Assembly: GCF_006345805.1 (NCBI RefSeq)
Contig: NC_043011.1
Coordinates: 47,132,464-47,196,463, forward strand
Reading direction: 5' to 3'
Source of the DNA: Octopus sinensis
Lineage: Eukaryota
Length of the DNA stretch: 64,000 nucleotides
The notes beneath the pieces are model-generated. The model had not been told where the DNA came from. It saw only the letters and a list, made by a program, of their open reading frames with translations, and did not search any database. Both the position numbers and the translations under genes were made by a program. Below, in pieces: positions 1 to 11,095 of the stretch (within the stretch, counting starts at the first letter, position 1; every line of letters starts with the position of its first letter).

Positions 1-12
1 AATGATAATATA

Positions 13-53
<41 letters not shown>

Positions 54-402
54 TATATATACAGTAGCTCAGTTTTCAAACACCTCTGATAATAAATAAA
101 TCGTGCTTCATCTCTGTTTTTCTCATATTCATTTTCTATGGTACTACTGTATTGTTGGTATTATGTTAAACTGTTGTATGTCCAAGTTTGGTCATACAGA
201 TAAATATAAATTTAAAAAAATTTTTGCGTGCAATAGCCAGTTCTTTTGTCAAACTATCGTATCTCCAGCTGTTTCTTATGCCAAGATATAAAAAATTATG
301 AGGTGTAGTACAATGGTTTTGCTACTGAATTGTGAAACTATTTTTTTGTTTTCTGAAAAAAGCAACGTTTTGGACTTACAACACTTTTGCATAACAGCAA
401 CG

Positions 403-442
<40 letters not shown>

Positions 443-1309
443 TTAATTAATAATATTATGGTAATAAAAATTTTAGAAATTTTTACTACCAGTGGCCTAG
501 CATAAAAAAAGTTAGTCATAGAACTATATATTATTCATATAAAATAAGGTGTACATTAAAACACATTAAGAGGCTTCCATCATAGGAATCCTTTACGCTA
601 GAAAGAAAAGTTAAAGTACACTTAATGTACACTGTATTTTATATATATATATATATAATATATATATATATATATTGATGTCTGGAAGATGCACAATTTG
701 ATAGTGCACACCTTTAATGTAAGTCTGATGATGCACCACTCTAATGTGTAAAACTGCAAACATTACATAAATTTTCCCTTCGAATTTTTGCATAAATTGG
801 AATTGCAAGCACAATTCGTACAGAAAAAATTAGTAGCAAATCATTAAAGTTCTGTTAAAAAATTTCTTTTGTCTTCTTCTTATTTGGATTTCTCACACAT
901 ACACACACATATATACGTATATGCATGTATGTATGCATTTATGTATATACACACATATGAAGATTTTATGTTCATTATTATATTTGCATTAGATAAGTAT
1001 ATTATGCTCACCATATATTTTTGTCTCTTTACTTAACGGACCATATTTGACAAAAATGTATTTGTTTATTCACTAATCCTAATGGATATTACTAAGAGGC
1101 TGGATTAAAATTATTTTGGACAATTTTGTTAGCTTGCAGCTAATAAATACATAAGTAAATAGATAGATAGATAAATATTTTCTTCCTTGTTTTTCTGTTG
1201 ATTTACCAGTATTAAGAATTTTAACTGTTTCTTGTTTGTAGAGAGAGGGTTCATATTTTCTCAAATGTTGAGTTCAAACTGAGAAACAAGGCCACACCTC
1301 TTTGAGGAA

Positions 1310-1435
1310 GGATATTGATTGGATGTGCTCAGCTGGTATTTTTCGTTACTAACTCTGGAAGGATGAAGAGTAAAGTTCGCCTTAGTGGAATTTGAACTCA
1401 GATAGTGAAGAGAAGTAATTAAATACCACAAGGTA
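1310..1435 (-). mobile_element. Degenerate SINE family C fragment
   Basis: ggaaggatgaagagtaaagttcgccttagtggaatttgaactcaga is the reverse complement of the family C core seen intact at 15804-16033. Confidence 0.6.
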
Positions 1436-1872
1436 ATGCTGTCCTTCCTGGGATTTTAACAAATTTTAAGTAATTATGATAAAACATCTATTTTAGCACT
1501 CTATTAACTATGGACTCTGTTTAATCATTTGTCAGTTTTTCATTTTGGTACAACATCAAATATTTAAAAGTAAAAGGAATGTTTTCAATTAAGTTATCTT
1601 TGATACCTATCGAACATCTATCTACCTGACAAAATGAATCTTAAAAATCCTAAGCCAACTTAGGAGTGTTTTCATACAATAGCACAACCCGCTCAATAAA
1701 CCACCAACTTCACTTAGTTCATACCTTATTGTCTGAAAAAGAAACATTAAACATGAGATAATATAGTTCTTGATACAATATTGTCATTCGCTGGGACAGC
1801 AATGCCAATGTCATCATCAACTATCATCATTTTACACCAGTTTTTCTATGCACACGTGCACCCTGTCTTTAA

Positions 1873-2103
1873 GGCAGCGAGCTGGCAGAATCATTAGCAT
1901 GCCGGGTGAAATGCCTATCAGTATTTCCTCTGTCTTTACATTCTGAGTTCAAATTCCGCCAACATCAACTTTGACTTTCATCCTTTTGGGGTCGATTAAA
2001 TAAGTACCAGTTATGCACTGGAGTCGATATAATCGACTTAATCCATTTGTCTGTCCTTGTTTGTCCTCTCTATGTTTAACCTCTTCTGAGTAATAAATAA
2101 ACA
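1873..2103 (+). mobile_element. SINE family C, full length, 12-bp TSD
   Basis: Head ggcagcgagctggcagaatc, B-box-like ctgagttcaaattcc, core ctttcatccttttggggtcgat..aagtaccag; flanked by gcaccctgtctt at 1858-1869 and 2104-2115. Confidence 0.85.
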
Positions 2104-2403
2104 GCACCCTGTCTTATAACAGCTTTTCAATACTTGTTGAAGTCCTTTATTACCTGTGACCTTCAAGAGGCTCGACAGCTAGAGGTCAGTTTTTACTACT
2201 TTTCTGCCTTTATCTTCCTCAGTATTCCTCTTTTGCAGATTCCTTCTAGCTGGATTCATCATCACTTCTTTATGCAACTGTCATCCTGCATGCCTATAAT
2301 AGGACAATGGCCTCACTTGCACAATACAGCTTATATCTTTTATACCAAACCCTGATTTTTTATGATTCCCAGGTCTATCACATATTCAATGAAGCAGGCT
2401 CAA

Positions 2404-2798
2404 TCTCTCTATATATAAAGCTGAAGTTGTCTGTGTGTGTCTGGCAGGTTTGGTAGCCTTCAACTAACACTATCTCCTCTGAGACCCTGCGGTGTAAGTT
2501 GACCAAAATTGAGAGTATGATAGAAGAAGGCTTGCTCTTCCTTCCGTGGAAGAAAAAATTCAAATCAGACCATGTTAAAACCAAAAATTATTTTTCATTA
2601 AAAGGTGCTTTTTTTCTATGAAAATTCCTATTTTTTACGATATTTTGACTGCCATGTCGCCATTTTTCGGTGTATTTCAACAAGAAAAATGTTCACTTAA
2701 AGAGAATAACAAGCTACATAATGCAAATTTTTTCTTTTCAAAAATTCCAATTCTAAAGGGTCGAAACAAACACTAGTAACGAAGGGTGATACTGCTAG
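2404..2798 (+). mobile_element. Non-autonomous Helitron-like element
   Basis: Starts a|TCtctctatatataaag, ends gatactgCTAG|t (A-T insertion site, no TSD); second copy at 27325-27682 retains a GC hairpin before the terminus. Confidence 0.7.
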
Positions 2799-3365
2799 TT
2801 TCTAATAAAATCACTATAAAACAAAAAAAAGGACTAAACAAACATGTGAAGAAGGCCTTTGAGCAGAGGTGAATTGGGACTAGTGTGGAGGTAAACAACA
2901 GCAACAACATCTGAAACCTCTGTAAGATCCTTAAAACCGAGACCACAGGGATGCACTTGGGCTGCATGCACAAAGTGTGAATCATGCAAACACCATAAAA
3001 TACAATGAAGCCAAGAACTTTTGAAACTGTGGAGTATGTTGTTTTATATATTAAGAAGGAAGTGTTGGCCTGGCCCCTGATACCTTTTTATGACTTGAAA
3101 TGTGAGGAACAAATGAAGCACACATATTGAAATGAAAGAAACTTTGGACAGAGCTGAAATATTGTGGTCAAGTCTGATTTATTAGAACTGAAGTGATGCT
3201 AAATAAAAACAATGATATTGCAGCAGCCAAAATCTGTGAATGATATGAAACAGATATCCCTGAAATCCTTTCATGCCACCTTAAAATAATGACCATTGCT
3301 CATAGGTCTATTTGACCAGCACTGATCTTTAACTAAATAAAAAATATGGCAAGTACTGAAGTGCT

Positions 3366-3600
3366 ATCATCATCATCATCATCATCATCATTGTTTAACC
3401 TCCACTTTCCATGCTGGCATGGGTTGGACGATTTGACTAAGGTCTGGCAAACTAGATGGCTGCACTAGGCTCCAATCTTGATCTGGCAGAGTTTCAACAG
3501 CTGGATGCCCTTCCTGACACCAACCACTCCAAGAGTGTAGTGGTTGCTTTTATGTGCCACCGGCACGAGGGCCAGTCAGGTGGTACTGGCAACGGCCACA
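3366..3600 (-). mobile_element. RTE-like LINE 3' UTR (family D) with (GAT)n tail
   Basis: (cat)n-tgtttaacctccactttccatgctggcatgggttggacg...gatgcccttcctgacaccaaccactcc; same block recurs more than ten times in the window. Confidence 0.7.
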
Positions 3601-4369
3601 GAAAAATCATGTTTTTTTTTTGTTATATTAAAGAAAAAAACATTGATGTGAAATACCTTAAGAATGCAACACAGAAGAGATGGGTAACCCAAACAAAAAA
3701 TATAAAGCCAAAAGACACTAAAATCCCAACAGAACCTAATTGGGTAAGGCTGATGGGGAGACAAGTATAAAACAGGAAATGGTACGGCTCTTTAGGTTCT
3801 GGGTTCAAACTTTGACGAAGGACCTCTTTACTTTTCATCCTTCCGGACATAATAAAATAAAGAACTGTTTAAGTGCTGGATGATTGATGCTTGTAATTCT
3901 CCAAGATGTGAAAGGGTTTATAAAAGAAGACATAATGATAATGCTTTTGTAATTTGGAAAATGTTTCTTTTAAAACCCCAAAACAAAAATGTTCTTTAAT
4001 TATTTAGCTATATTTGATTTATTTCAGTAGTAGTTTTTAGATAAAATGAATGAACCAAACAACCAATCAACCAACCAACCAGCCAGCCAGCCAGCCGACC
4101 AACCAACAAGGACATAATGGACAAAAAGAATTTCATCAAACCTTAATGATTGCTAATGGATATAATTCTTCATATATCCACCTATCCACATCTATCTACA
4201 TACATATGTTTACATATATATGTGCGTATGTAAATAAGTGTGTATATATAGATGTATGTATGCATACATATATGTATATGCTGTGTGTGTATATATATAT
4301 AAACATATACACATGCATACATATATAAGTGTGTGTATACACAGACGTATGTATGTATATATATATATA

Positions 4370-4440
4370 CCAGAGTAAACACATAAATGTGAAACAAGGT
4401 GGAAAAAAGAGTACTCAAATACCAGGGGTAGAGTAATATG
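4370..4440 (+). mobile_element. Left arm of foldback (hammerhead-containing) element
   Basis: ta|ccagagtaaacacataaatgtg...gagtaatatg is the reverse complement of 6239-6309; preceded by (TA)n. Confidence 0.75.
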
Positions 4441-4629
4441 TATACACACACATATATATACATATACATATATATGTATATGAATACTTAAAAATCCTTT
4501 AAAATGTTTTAGCCCGAAGGCCGCGGCCATGCTGGGGCACCATGTGCGTGTGTATATATATATATATATGCACACACACACATGCATACATATATACATG
4601 CATACACATATATCTCTCTCTCTCTCGCC

Positions 4630-4955
4630 TTAAAGACTCCGCCGGTTACGACGACGAGGGTCCCAGCTGATACGATCAACGGAACAGCTTGCTCGTGAAA
4701 TTAACGTGCAAATGGCTGAGCATTCCACAGACACGTGTACCCTTAACGTAGTTCTCGGGGATAATCAGCGTGACACAGAGAGTGACAAGGCTGACCCTTT
4801 GAAATACAAGTACAACTCATTTTTGCCAGCTGAGTGGACTGGAGCAACGTGAAATAAAGTGTCTTGCTCAAGGACACAACGCGTCGCCGGGAATCGAACT
4901 CACAACCTTACGATCATGAGCCGAATGCCCTAACCACTAAGCCATGCGCCCTCAC
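4630..4955 (-). mobile_element. tRNA-derived SINE family A, head H1 + tail T1
   Basis: Minus strand begins ggcgcatggcttagtggttagggc (A box) ... gagttcgattccc (B box), then ccttgagcaagacactttatttcacgttgctccag; CpGs retained, so young. Confidence 0.85.
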
Positions 4956-5312
4956 TACACATATATAAATATGACAAAATTAGCAAGAATGGAAAAAAAT
5001 CACATCTTTAATTGATGATTACCCCACACATTACCAACAATCAAACCTATTGTGAGGGCATCATTAGATATAGAAAAAGCGGTACAAGTTGTCAGTCAAA
5101 CCAATATGTCCGAAAATTTATGCTAAACCAATGTTATCAAGGTAACCCTAGTTTGCTTAAAACAGAGTGCTTTCAAGATATTTGCCTGGTTTTATTTAGC
5201 TCTTTTACCTCTTGTTCTATATAAGTGTTGATAAATTATTAGTAGAACAGCCCAGTCTAAAAGAGAAATAGAACAATTATATTTTTGTATTGTCAGGTTG
5301 TGTAATTCTGGT

Positions 5313-5696
5313 TACTCTCTTTACTCTTTTACTTGTTTCAGTCATTTTGACTGCAGCCATGCTGGAGCACCACCTTCAGTCGAGCATATCGACCCCAGGA
5401 CTTATTCTTTGTAAGCCCAGTACTTATTCTATCGGTCTCCTTTGCCAAACCGCTAAGTGACAGGGACGTAAACACACCAAGCAATTGTCAAGCAATGCTA
5501 GGGGTACAAAGACAGACACACAAACACACACACACATATATATATATACATATATATACGACGGGCTTCTTTCAGTTTCCGTCTACCAAATTCACTCACA
5601 AGGCTTTGGTCGGCCCGAGGCTATAGTAGAAGACACTTGCCCAAGGTGCCACGCAGTGGGACTGAACCCGAAACCATGTGGTTGGTTAGCAAACTA
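5313..5696 (-). mobile_element. SINE family B (bipartite, internal microsatellite)
   Basis: Matches other B copies (40897-41297, 60847-61280) including ggcaccttgggcaagtgtctt core and aagtaaaagag tail. Confidence 0.85.
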
Positions 5697-5835
5697 CTCC
5701 TGCGTTATGGATATAATTGGTCAAAATGTTACCAATGGTTTCACACTGACTATTGCACTTAGTAATATTAAAGCTTTCTCTGACATGCTGGTTGGAAGCA
5801 CAACTTCTATTATGCTAGAAGTATATATACATGCA

Positions 5836-5876
<41 letters not shown>

Positions 5877-5877
<1 letters not shown>

Positions 5878-6108
5878 GAGGCACGTGACCTAGTGGTTAG
5901 GGTGTCAGCATCATGATTGTAAGATTGTGGTTTCGATTCCAGGACCAGGCAATGCGTGTTCTTGAGCAAAACACTTCATTTCACGTTGCTCCAGTCCACT
6001 CCGCTGGCAAAAATGAGTAATGCAGCGATGGACTGGTGTCCCATCCAGCTGGGGAACACATATGCCATTGCAACCGGGAAACAGGGCCCATGAGCCTGGC
6101 TAGGCTTT
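5877..6108 (+). mobile_element. SINE family A, head H1 + tail T3
   Basis: ggaggcacgtgacctagtggttaggg..gtttcgattcc head, H1 core, tail gcgatggactggtgtcccatccagc; same as 44704-44965. Confidence 0.85.
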
Positions 6109-6145
6109 ATTTATCATATATATATATATTATATATATATATATA

Positions 6146-6309
6146 CTTTATTTAAAGCAGCAGAAAATTCAACAAAACTTGTTACTCTGAGTTTCATGTT
6201 TCCGTTCGTTGGACAGTTTTTGCTAGCAAAAAATAAAGCATATTACTCTACCACTGGTATTTGAGTACTCTTTTTTCCACCTTGTTTCACATTTATGTGT
6301 TTACTCCGG
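6146..6309 (+). mobile_element. Central region and right arm of foldback element (Penelope pLTR-like)
   Basis: ctttatttaaagcagc... continues the arm ending at 4440; the right arm ends tttactccgg|ta followed by (TA)n. Confidence 0.7.
6174..6220 (-). ncRNA. Degenerate minimal type I hammerhead ribozyme
   Basis: Minus strand AAAACUGU-CCAACGA-ACG(GAAA)CAU-GAAA-CUC(A)GAG-UA-ACAAGUUUU: stem I, CUGANGA-like core (2 mismatches), stem II, GAAA, palindromic stem III, GUA cleavage triplet. Confidence 0.5.
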
Positions 6310-6334
6310 TATATATATATATTTTGCTTGGGGA

Positions 6335-6530
6335 AGGTGGTGGACTGGCAGAATCATTACAGAGCAAAATTCTGGCTTTACATTCTGAGCTCAAAATCTG
6401 CTTAGGTTAGCTTAGTTTTTCATCTTTTAGTGTCGGTAAACAAAGAACCATTTGAACACTGGGGTCATGTTGATTTAATCGATTTAACACCAAAGCCAAA
6501 ATTGCTGGCCTTGTGCCAAAATTTGAAATC
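6335..6530 (+). mobile_element. Old SINE family C copy
   Basis: ggtggtggactggcagaatc...ctgagctcaaaatct...tttcatctttagtgtcggtaaa; heavily diverged. Confidence 0.6.
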
Positions 6531-6621
6531 AATATTTCACTTAAGCATTGCAATAATAATGATAATAATCTGCTGTAGAACTCACTGTACATATGCATCA
6601 GAACAAAGCATTAGTTAAGTA

Positions 6622-7100
6622 CATCATCATCATCGTTTAACATCCGCTTTCCATGCTGGCATGGGTTGGACGGTTTGAGAACTGGTGAACCAGATGGCTG
6701 CACCAGGCTCCAATCTGATCTGGCAGAGTTTTTACAGCTGGATGCCTTTCCTAATGCCAACCACTCCGAGAGTGTAGTGGGTGCTTTTATGTGCCACCAG
6801 CACGAGAGCTAGTCAGGTGGTACTGGCAACGACCATGCTCAAGGGTTTTTTTTACGTGCCACCTGCACATGAGCCAGTCCAGTGGCACTGGCAACGACCT
6901 CGCTCAAATGCTGTTTTGCACGTTTCACCAGCACAAGTGCTAGTAAGGCAACGCTGGTAATGATCATGCTCAAATGGTGCTTTTTACATGCCACTGGCAT
7001 CGGAGTCAGTCAGTGGCCCTGGCAATGATCATGCTTGGATGGTTCTCTTAGTGCTCCACTAGCATGGATGTCAGTTATGGGGTACTGTCATCGAATTTGA
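6622..7100 (-). mobile_element. RTE-like LINE 3' UTR (family D) with internal degenerate ~60-70 bp repeats
   Basis: catcatcatcatcgtttaacatccgctttccatgc start; repeated tttt.c.tgccac..gca...g.cagtc..tgg..ctggcaa.ga.catgctc units 6785-7090. Confidence 0.75.
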
Positions 7101-7500
7101 CACAATTAGCTCATGAACTTCATTAGCACATACATACAATACACACATATACATAGAAACATACCTTAATATTTACACCGTCCACTGTTATAGATCCATT
7201 TAACCCAATTTTAGCAAATGGTTTCTCTATATGAGAGTTTGAGTTAAACCCTGTCCTAGCGTTTATCATAAGGAAGCATTCTGAGTGTCAGAACTGAGAT
7301 TTAAACAAACTCTTGAGCATTAAACTAATTGGGAAAATTAGCTAAAATGGAGCTATAATGCTGTATTGTAGAAATATTTATTAATATATGCACTCTGTTA
7401 ACAAGTATACAAGTGCTTGTTTGAGTCATGGATTATACATAATGTATATGTATTTATATATCATATAAAGTATACACACACTGACACATATGTACACACA

Positions 7501-7738
7501 CACACACAGATTTACGTGTATGTGTTTGCGTAAATCAAATAGAAGACAGCAAGACAGACAGATAGCTATGTTAATATATATACATAAGTAGACAGATCTC
7601 TATGTGCATACACACACACACAAACATGCAAACACATACACGTAAATCTGTGTGTGTGTTTGTGTGTGTGTGTATGCACATAGAGATCTGTCTACTTATG
7701 TATATATATTAACATAGCTATCTGTCTGTCTTGCTGTC
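7501..7738. repeat. Nested inverted duplication (A-x-B-A'-B')
   Basis: 7545-7626 is the exact reverse complement of 7657-7738; 7501-7529 is the exact reverse complement of 7628-7656. Confidence 0.9.
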
Positions 7739-7801
7739 TCTCTATGTATATACACAAACAAATATATATACATGCACACACACACATACAGAAATATACA
7801 T

Positions 7802-7829
<28 letters not shown>

Positions 7830-7840
<11 letters not shown>

Positions 7841-7955
7841 TAGGAAAGGCATCTAGTTGTAGAAACCATGCCGAATCTGATGCAGCTCTTTGGCTAACCA
7901 GTTTCAGTCAAACCATCTAACCCATGCCAGCATGGAAAGCAGATGCTAAATGATA
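7830..7955 (+). mobile_element. Family D 3' end, 5'-truncated
   Basis: ggcattaggaaaggcatctagttgtagaaacc...aaaccatctaacccatgccagcatggaaagcaga. Confidence 0.7.
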
Positions 7956-8176
7956 TTGAGGCTATATGTGTGTGTGTGTGCGTATTTATATATATATACA
8001 TATGTTTTTACCTGTATATATCTATGTCTATATATATATATATATATATTTATTATATATATATATGTTTATATATATATATATATACATATGTTTATAT
8101 ATTTACATCTATGTGTGTGTGTGTGTGTTTATAATATATATATATACATATGTTTATATATATATTTATATTGGAT

Positions 8177-8247
8177 TGGCCAGTATGGGGCCTGAACCCA
8201 CAACATTTGTGTTATCAGCATGACACTCTCTAAACAACTGAGCTAAT
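8177..8247 (-). pseudogene. tRNA-Ile-like pseudogene (anticodon GAT), 5'-truncated and CpG-decayed
   Basis: Minus strand ATTAGCTCAGTTGTTTAGAGAGTGTCATGCTGATAACACAAATGTTGTGGGTTCAGGCCCCATACTGGCCA aligns to the metazoan tRNA-Ile(AAT) pattern as I recall it; about 8 differences are CG->TG/CA. Confidence 0.7.
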
Positions 8248-8510
8248 ATATTTATTATATATATATATTTATAATATAAATTATATATATATAATTTATT
8301 TATGTATCTATGTTTACATATATATATATATGTATGTATACTCAAATATACAGATACTCAAACAAAAATATGTTTATAAATAAATAAATATATATTTATA
8401 TATATATGTATATATATATTTATACACACACACACAGATATATACACCTACCTACATATATATATATATTATATATATATTATATATATACATATATATA
8501 GATGTATATG

Positions 8511-8542
<32 letters not shown>

Positions 8543-8961
8543 AGTATGTGTATACATACATATACATACACGTACATATATTCTCTTTTATACTGTGTTA
8601 TTTTTTTTCCCCAGCCATCCTTATGGCTATATTTCATTTACTGTGACAGTCGAGTTATTTCCTACATTCATATCTTATGTAGAGTGATTTTAACAGAACA
8701 TTATATATTTTTTAGAGAAGTGTTTTAGTGAAAAGGATTGTCTGAAAGGAAAATAAACAGCCATTTAATAATATATTAGATTATTATAAAGTCATTTAAT
8801 TTTTTTATCTTCTCTTAAAACTTTCAGGATCTTTAAAATTCTATTCTAATGTAGCTATTTCCTCCTGAGAAACTTATTTCCTACTGTTGGTCGTCAGTTT
8901 TTCGGGTTGTTTAAGCCAGAGGTTCTCAACATGGGTGATATTTTCCTTTTCTACTCTAAGC

Positions 8962-9145
8962 ACAAGGCCTGAAAGTTTGGGGAGAGGGCCAGTCGATTGG
9001 ATTGACCCCAGTATGCAAATGGTACTTAATTTATCAAACCTGAAAGGATGAAAGGCAAAGTCGTCCTCAGCGGGGTTTGAAATCAGAACGAAATACTGCT
9101 AAGTATTTTGTCCGACCTGTTAATGTTTCTGCCAGCTCGCCACCT
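8962..9145 (-). mobile_element. SINE family C variant
   Basis: gacccagtatgcaaatggtacttaatttatcaaacctgaaaggatgaaaggcaaagtcg...tgccagctcgccacc. Confidence 0.75.
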
Positions 9146-9373
9146 TGGGTGATATTATCCTGAAGGGGACACCAAGCATATTGAAGGTGGCATTATGGTT
9201 TAGGGGGTAGCGAGACAACATAATTAATATATTAAATTTTACCTATAGTAGTAATTATATTAAACATGATAAAACTAGTAATGGTTATTAAGATAAGATG
9301 AGATGAGATCTCATCAGGCACAGGGAAGTAAAGTTAAAAATTTATCATACATGCTAAGTTAGTTTTTGTGAAG

Positions 9374-9705
9374 ACACATGGCTCAGTGGTGACAGCATAA
9401 GGCATCCAATCATGAAGTAGTGAGTTCAGTCCCTGGACCAGGTTGTGTGTTGTGTTCTTGAGCAAGGCTATTTCATGATACTCCTGTTCGCTCAGCTGTA
9501 GAAATGAGTTGTGACATCACTGGTGCCAAGCTGTATTGGCCTTTGTATTTCCCTTGGATAACATTGATGGTGTGGGGATGGGAGGCCAGTATGCATGAGA
9601 TATTGCTGGTCTTCCATAAACAAACTTGCCTGGACTTGTGCCTCGGAGAGTAACTTTGCCGGTGTAATCCCATGGTCATTCATAACCAAGGGGGTCTTTA
9701 CCATT
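9374..9705 (+). mobile_element. SINE family A, head H1 + tail T2 (older copy)
   Basis: acatggctcagtgg A box; gagttcagtccc B box; tail homologous to 30345-30540. Confidence 0.8.
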
Positions 9706-9954
9706 ACCCTAATTTAGGTGGGTGCTTGGCATAAGAACTACTTAAAAGGGCACTACCAAAAGAACTGGTTAAGAATCACTGGTTTAAGCCATTCTAACCG
9801 TGGCAATTCTGGAGCACCATCGTATATATTATCAAAGTATCTTCACACAATATTGTTGGAGATACAATGTTTGGAGATTCATTTCATATTTACTGGACTC
9901 ATAATTATAAAGCTAAGGATTGCTGTGTTTGTAGTTATTTAACTTCCCATGAGT

Positions 9955-10130
9955 CAGCACTGATCCAGCAGCAGACCTATTAGCAAAGGCAATCCATCCA
10001 TGACCAATCCATCTTTAATAATGAATTTTAGACTACGTTACTATATGTGTCCTTCCTTGTTTGGTGTTGAGGTAACTGATGAATATGAGGCTTGGCTGAT
10101 GTTTCTAGCACTTTGAATGACTATGTTGAG
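9955..10130 (+). mobile_element. Old interspersed repeat (family F, class unknown)
   Basis: gatccagcagcagacctattagcaaaggcaatccatccatgacca...gctgatgtttctagca; related blocks near 10370-10530, 22110-22260, 53700-53785, 55310-55500. Confidence 0.5.
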
Positions 10131-10182
10131 TCTCATTGGCTTATGATATATATTATTATTTAAAGGTGGTGTGGTGGCAGAA

Positions 10183-10360
10183 TCGTTAGCATGCCAGATG
10201 AAACGCTGATGCTATTTTGTCCACCTTTACATTCTGAGTTCAAATTTCATTGAGGCTGACTTAGCTTTTCATTCTTTCAGGATCGATGAAATAAGTACCA
10301 GTTATGCCCTAGGGTCAATGTAATCAACTTGCCCCCTTCCCCAAAATTTCTGCCTTTAAT
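10183..10360 (+). mobile_element. SINE family C variant
   Basis: ggtggtgtggtggcagaatcgttagc...ctgagttcaaatt...tttcattctttcaggatcgatgaaataagtaccag. Confidence 0.75.
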
Positions 10361-10856
10361 AGAAAAGATTATTTAGTCCCTGTTATCCAAGATTGATATG
10401 ACCCATGATAAAAGGTATTTCAATCACTCTGCTTTTGAAGATTATCTAGGAATATATTGTCTAATGTGTCCTTCCTTATTTAATTCAGTAGAATAGGATT
10501 TGAGAAATATTTCACTGCTATTTCTGAAGATTAATGGACATTCTAGATCAGGGTTTTTAACCTTTTAAATACCTGAGTCAGATCCAAAACTTGGATTTTT
10601 GGTGAGATGTCACACCCAAAAAGGGTACAGCTCTAGTTAATAAAAGAAAATTTCTTTTTATTTATAGAGGAAAGACTATTGAAAGCGACTGGAAGGATGC
10701 TGGAGGGCCACATGCAGCACAGGGAGTTGCAGGCAAAAACCATTGCTTTAGACTTGACATTGTATCCACTCAACAGCTAACCACATTTTTTCACAATATT
10801 ACCCCTAACAAGATCGCTCTGTATCTCACAATGCTAAACAGTTGTAACCTGTAAGG

Positions 10857-11095
10857 ACATGTGGCTTAGTGGTAAAAGTATCAGACTCATGATTCTAAGA
10901 TTGTAGTTTCAATTGCTGGACCAGGCGACATGTGTTCTTGAGCAAAATACTTTATTTCACGTTGCTCCAGTCCACTTAGCTGGCAAAAATGAGTTACCCT
11001 GTGAAGGACTGGCATCCCATCCGGGTGCTGAATATATTCGCCACAAAACTAGGAAACTGGTTCTTATGAGTCAGCATGACTTGAAAAGGTAATTT
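10857..11095 (+). mobile_element. SINE family A, head H1 + tail T3
   Basis: acatgtggcttagtgg head; cttgagcaaaatactttatttcacgttgctccagtccac core; gactggcatcccatcc tail. Confidence 0.8.

Noticed and set aside
60-410. ta|cagt start after (TA)n suggesting a Tc1-type end
   Set aside because: No matching inverted terminus or transposase remnant found.
8855-8905. CUGACGA..GGAAA on the minus strand (also CUGANGA hits near 11722, 18680, 24022)
   Set aside because: Stems I and III and an NUH cleavage site cannot be formed convincingly.
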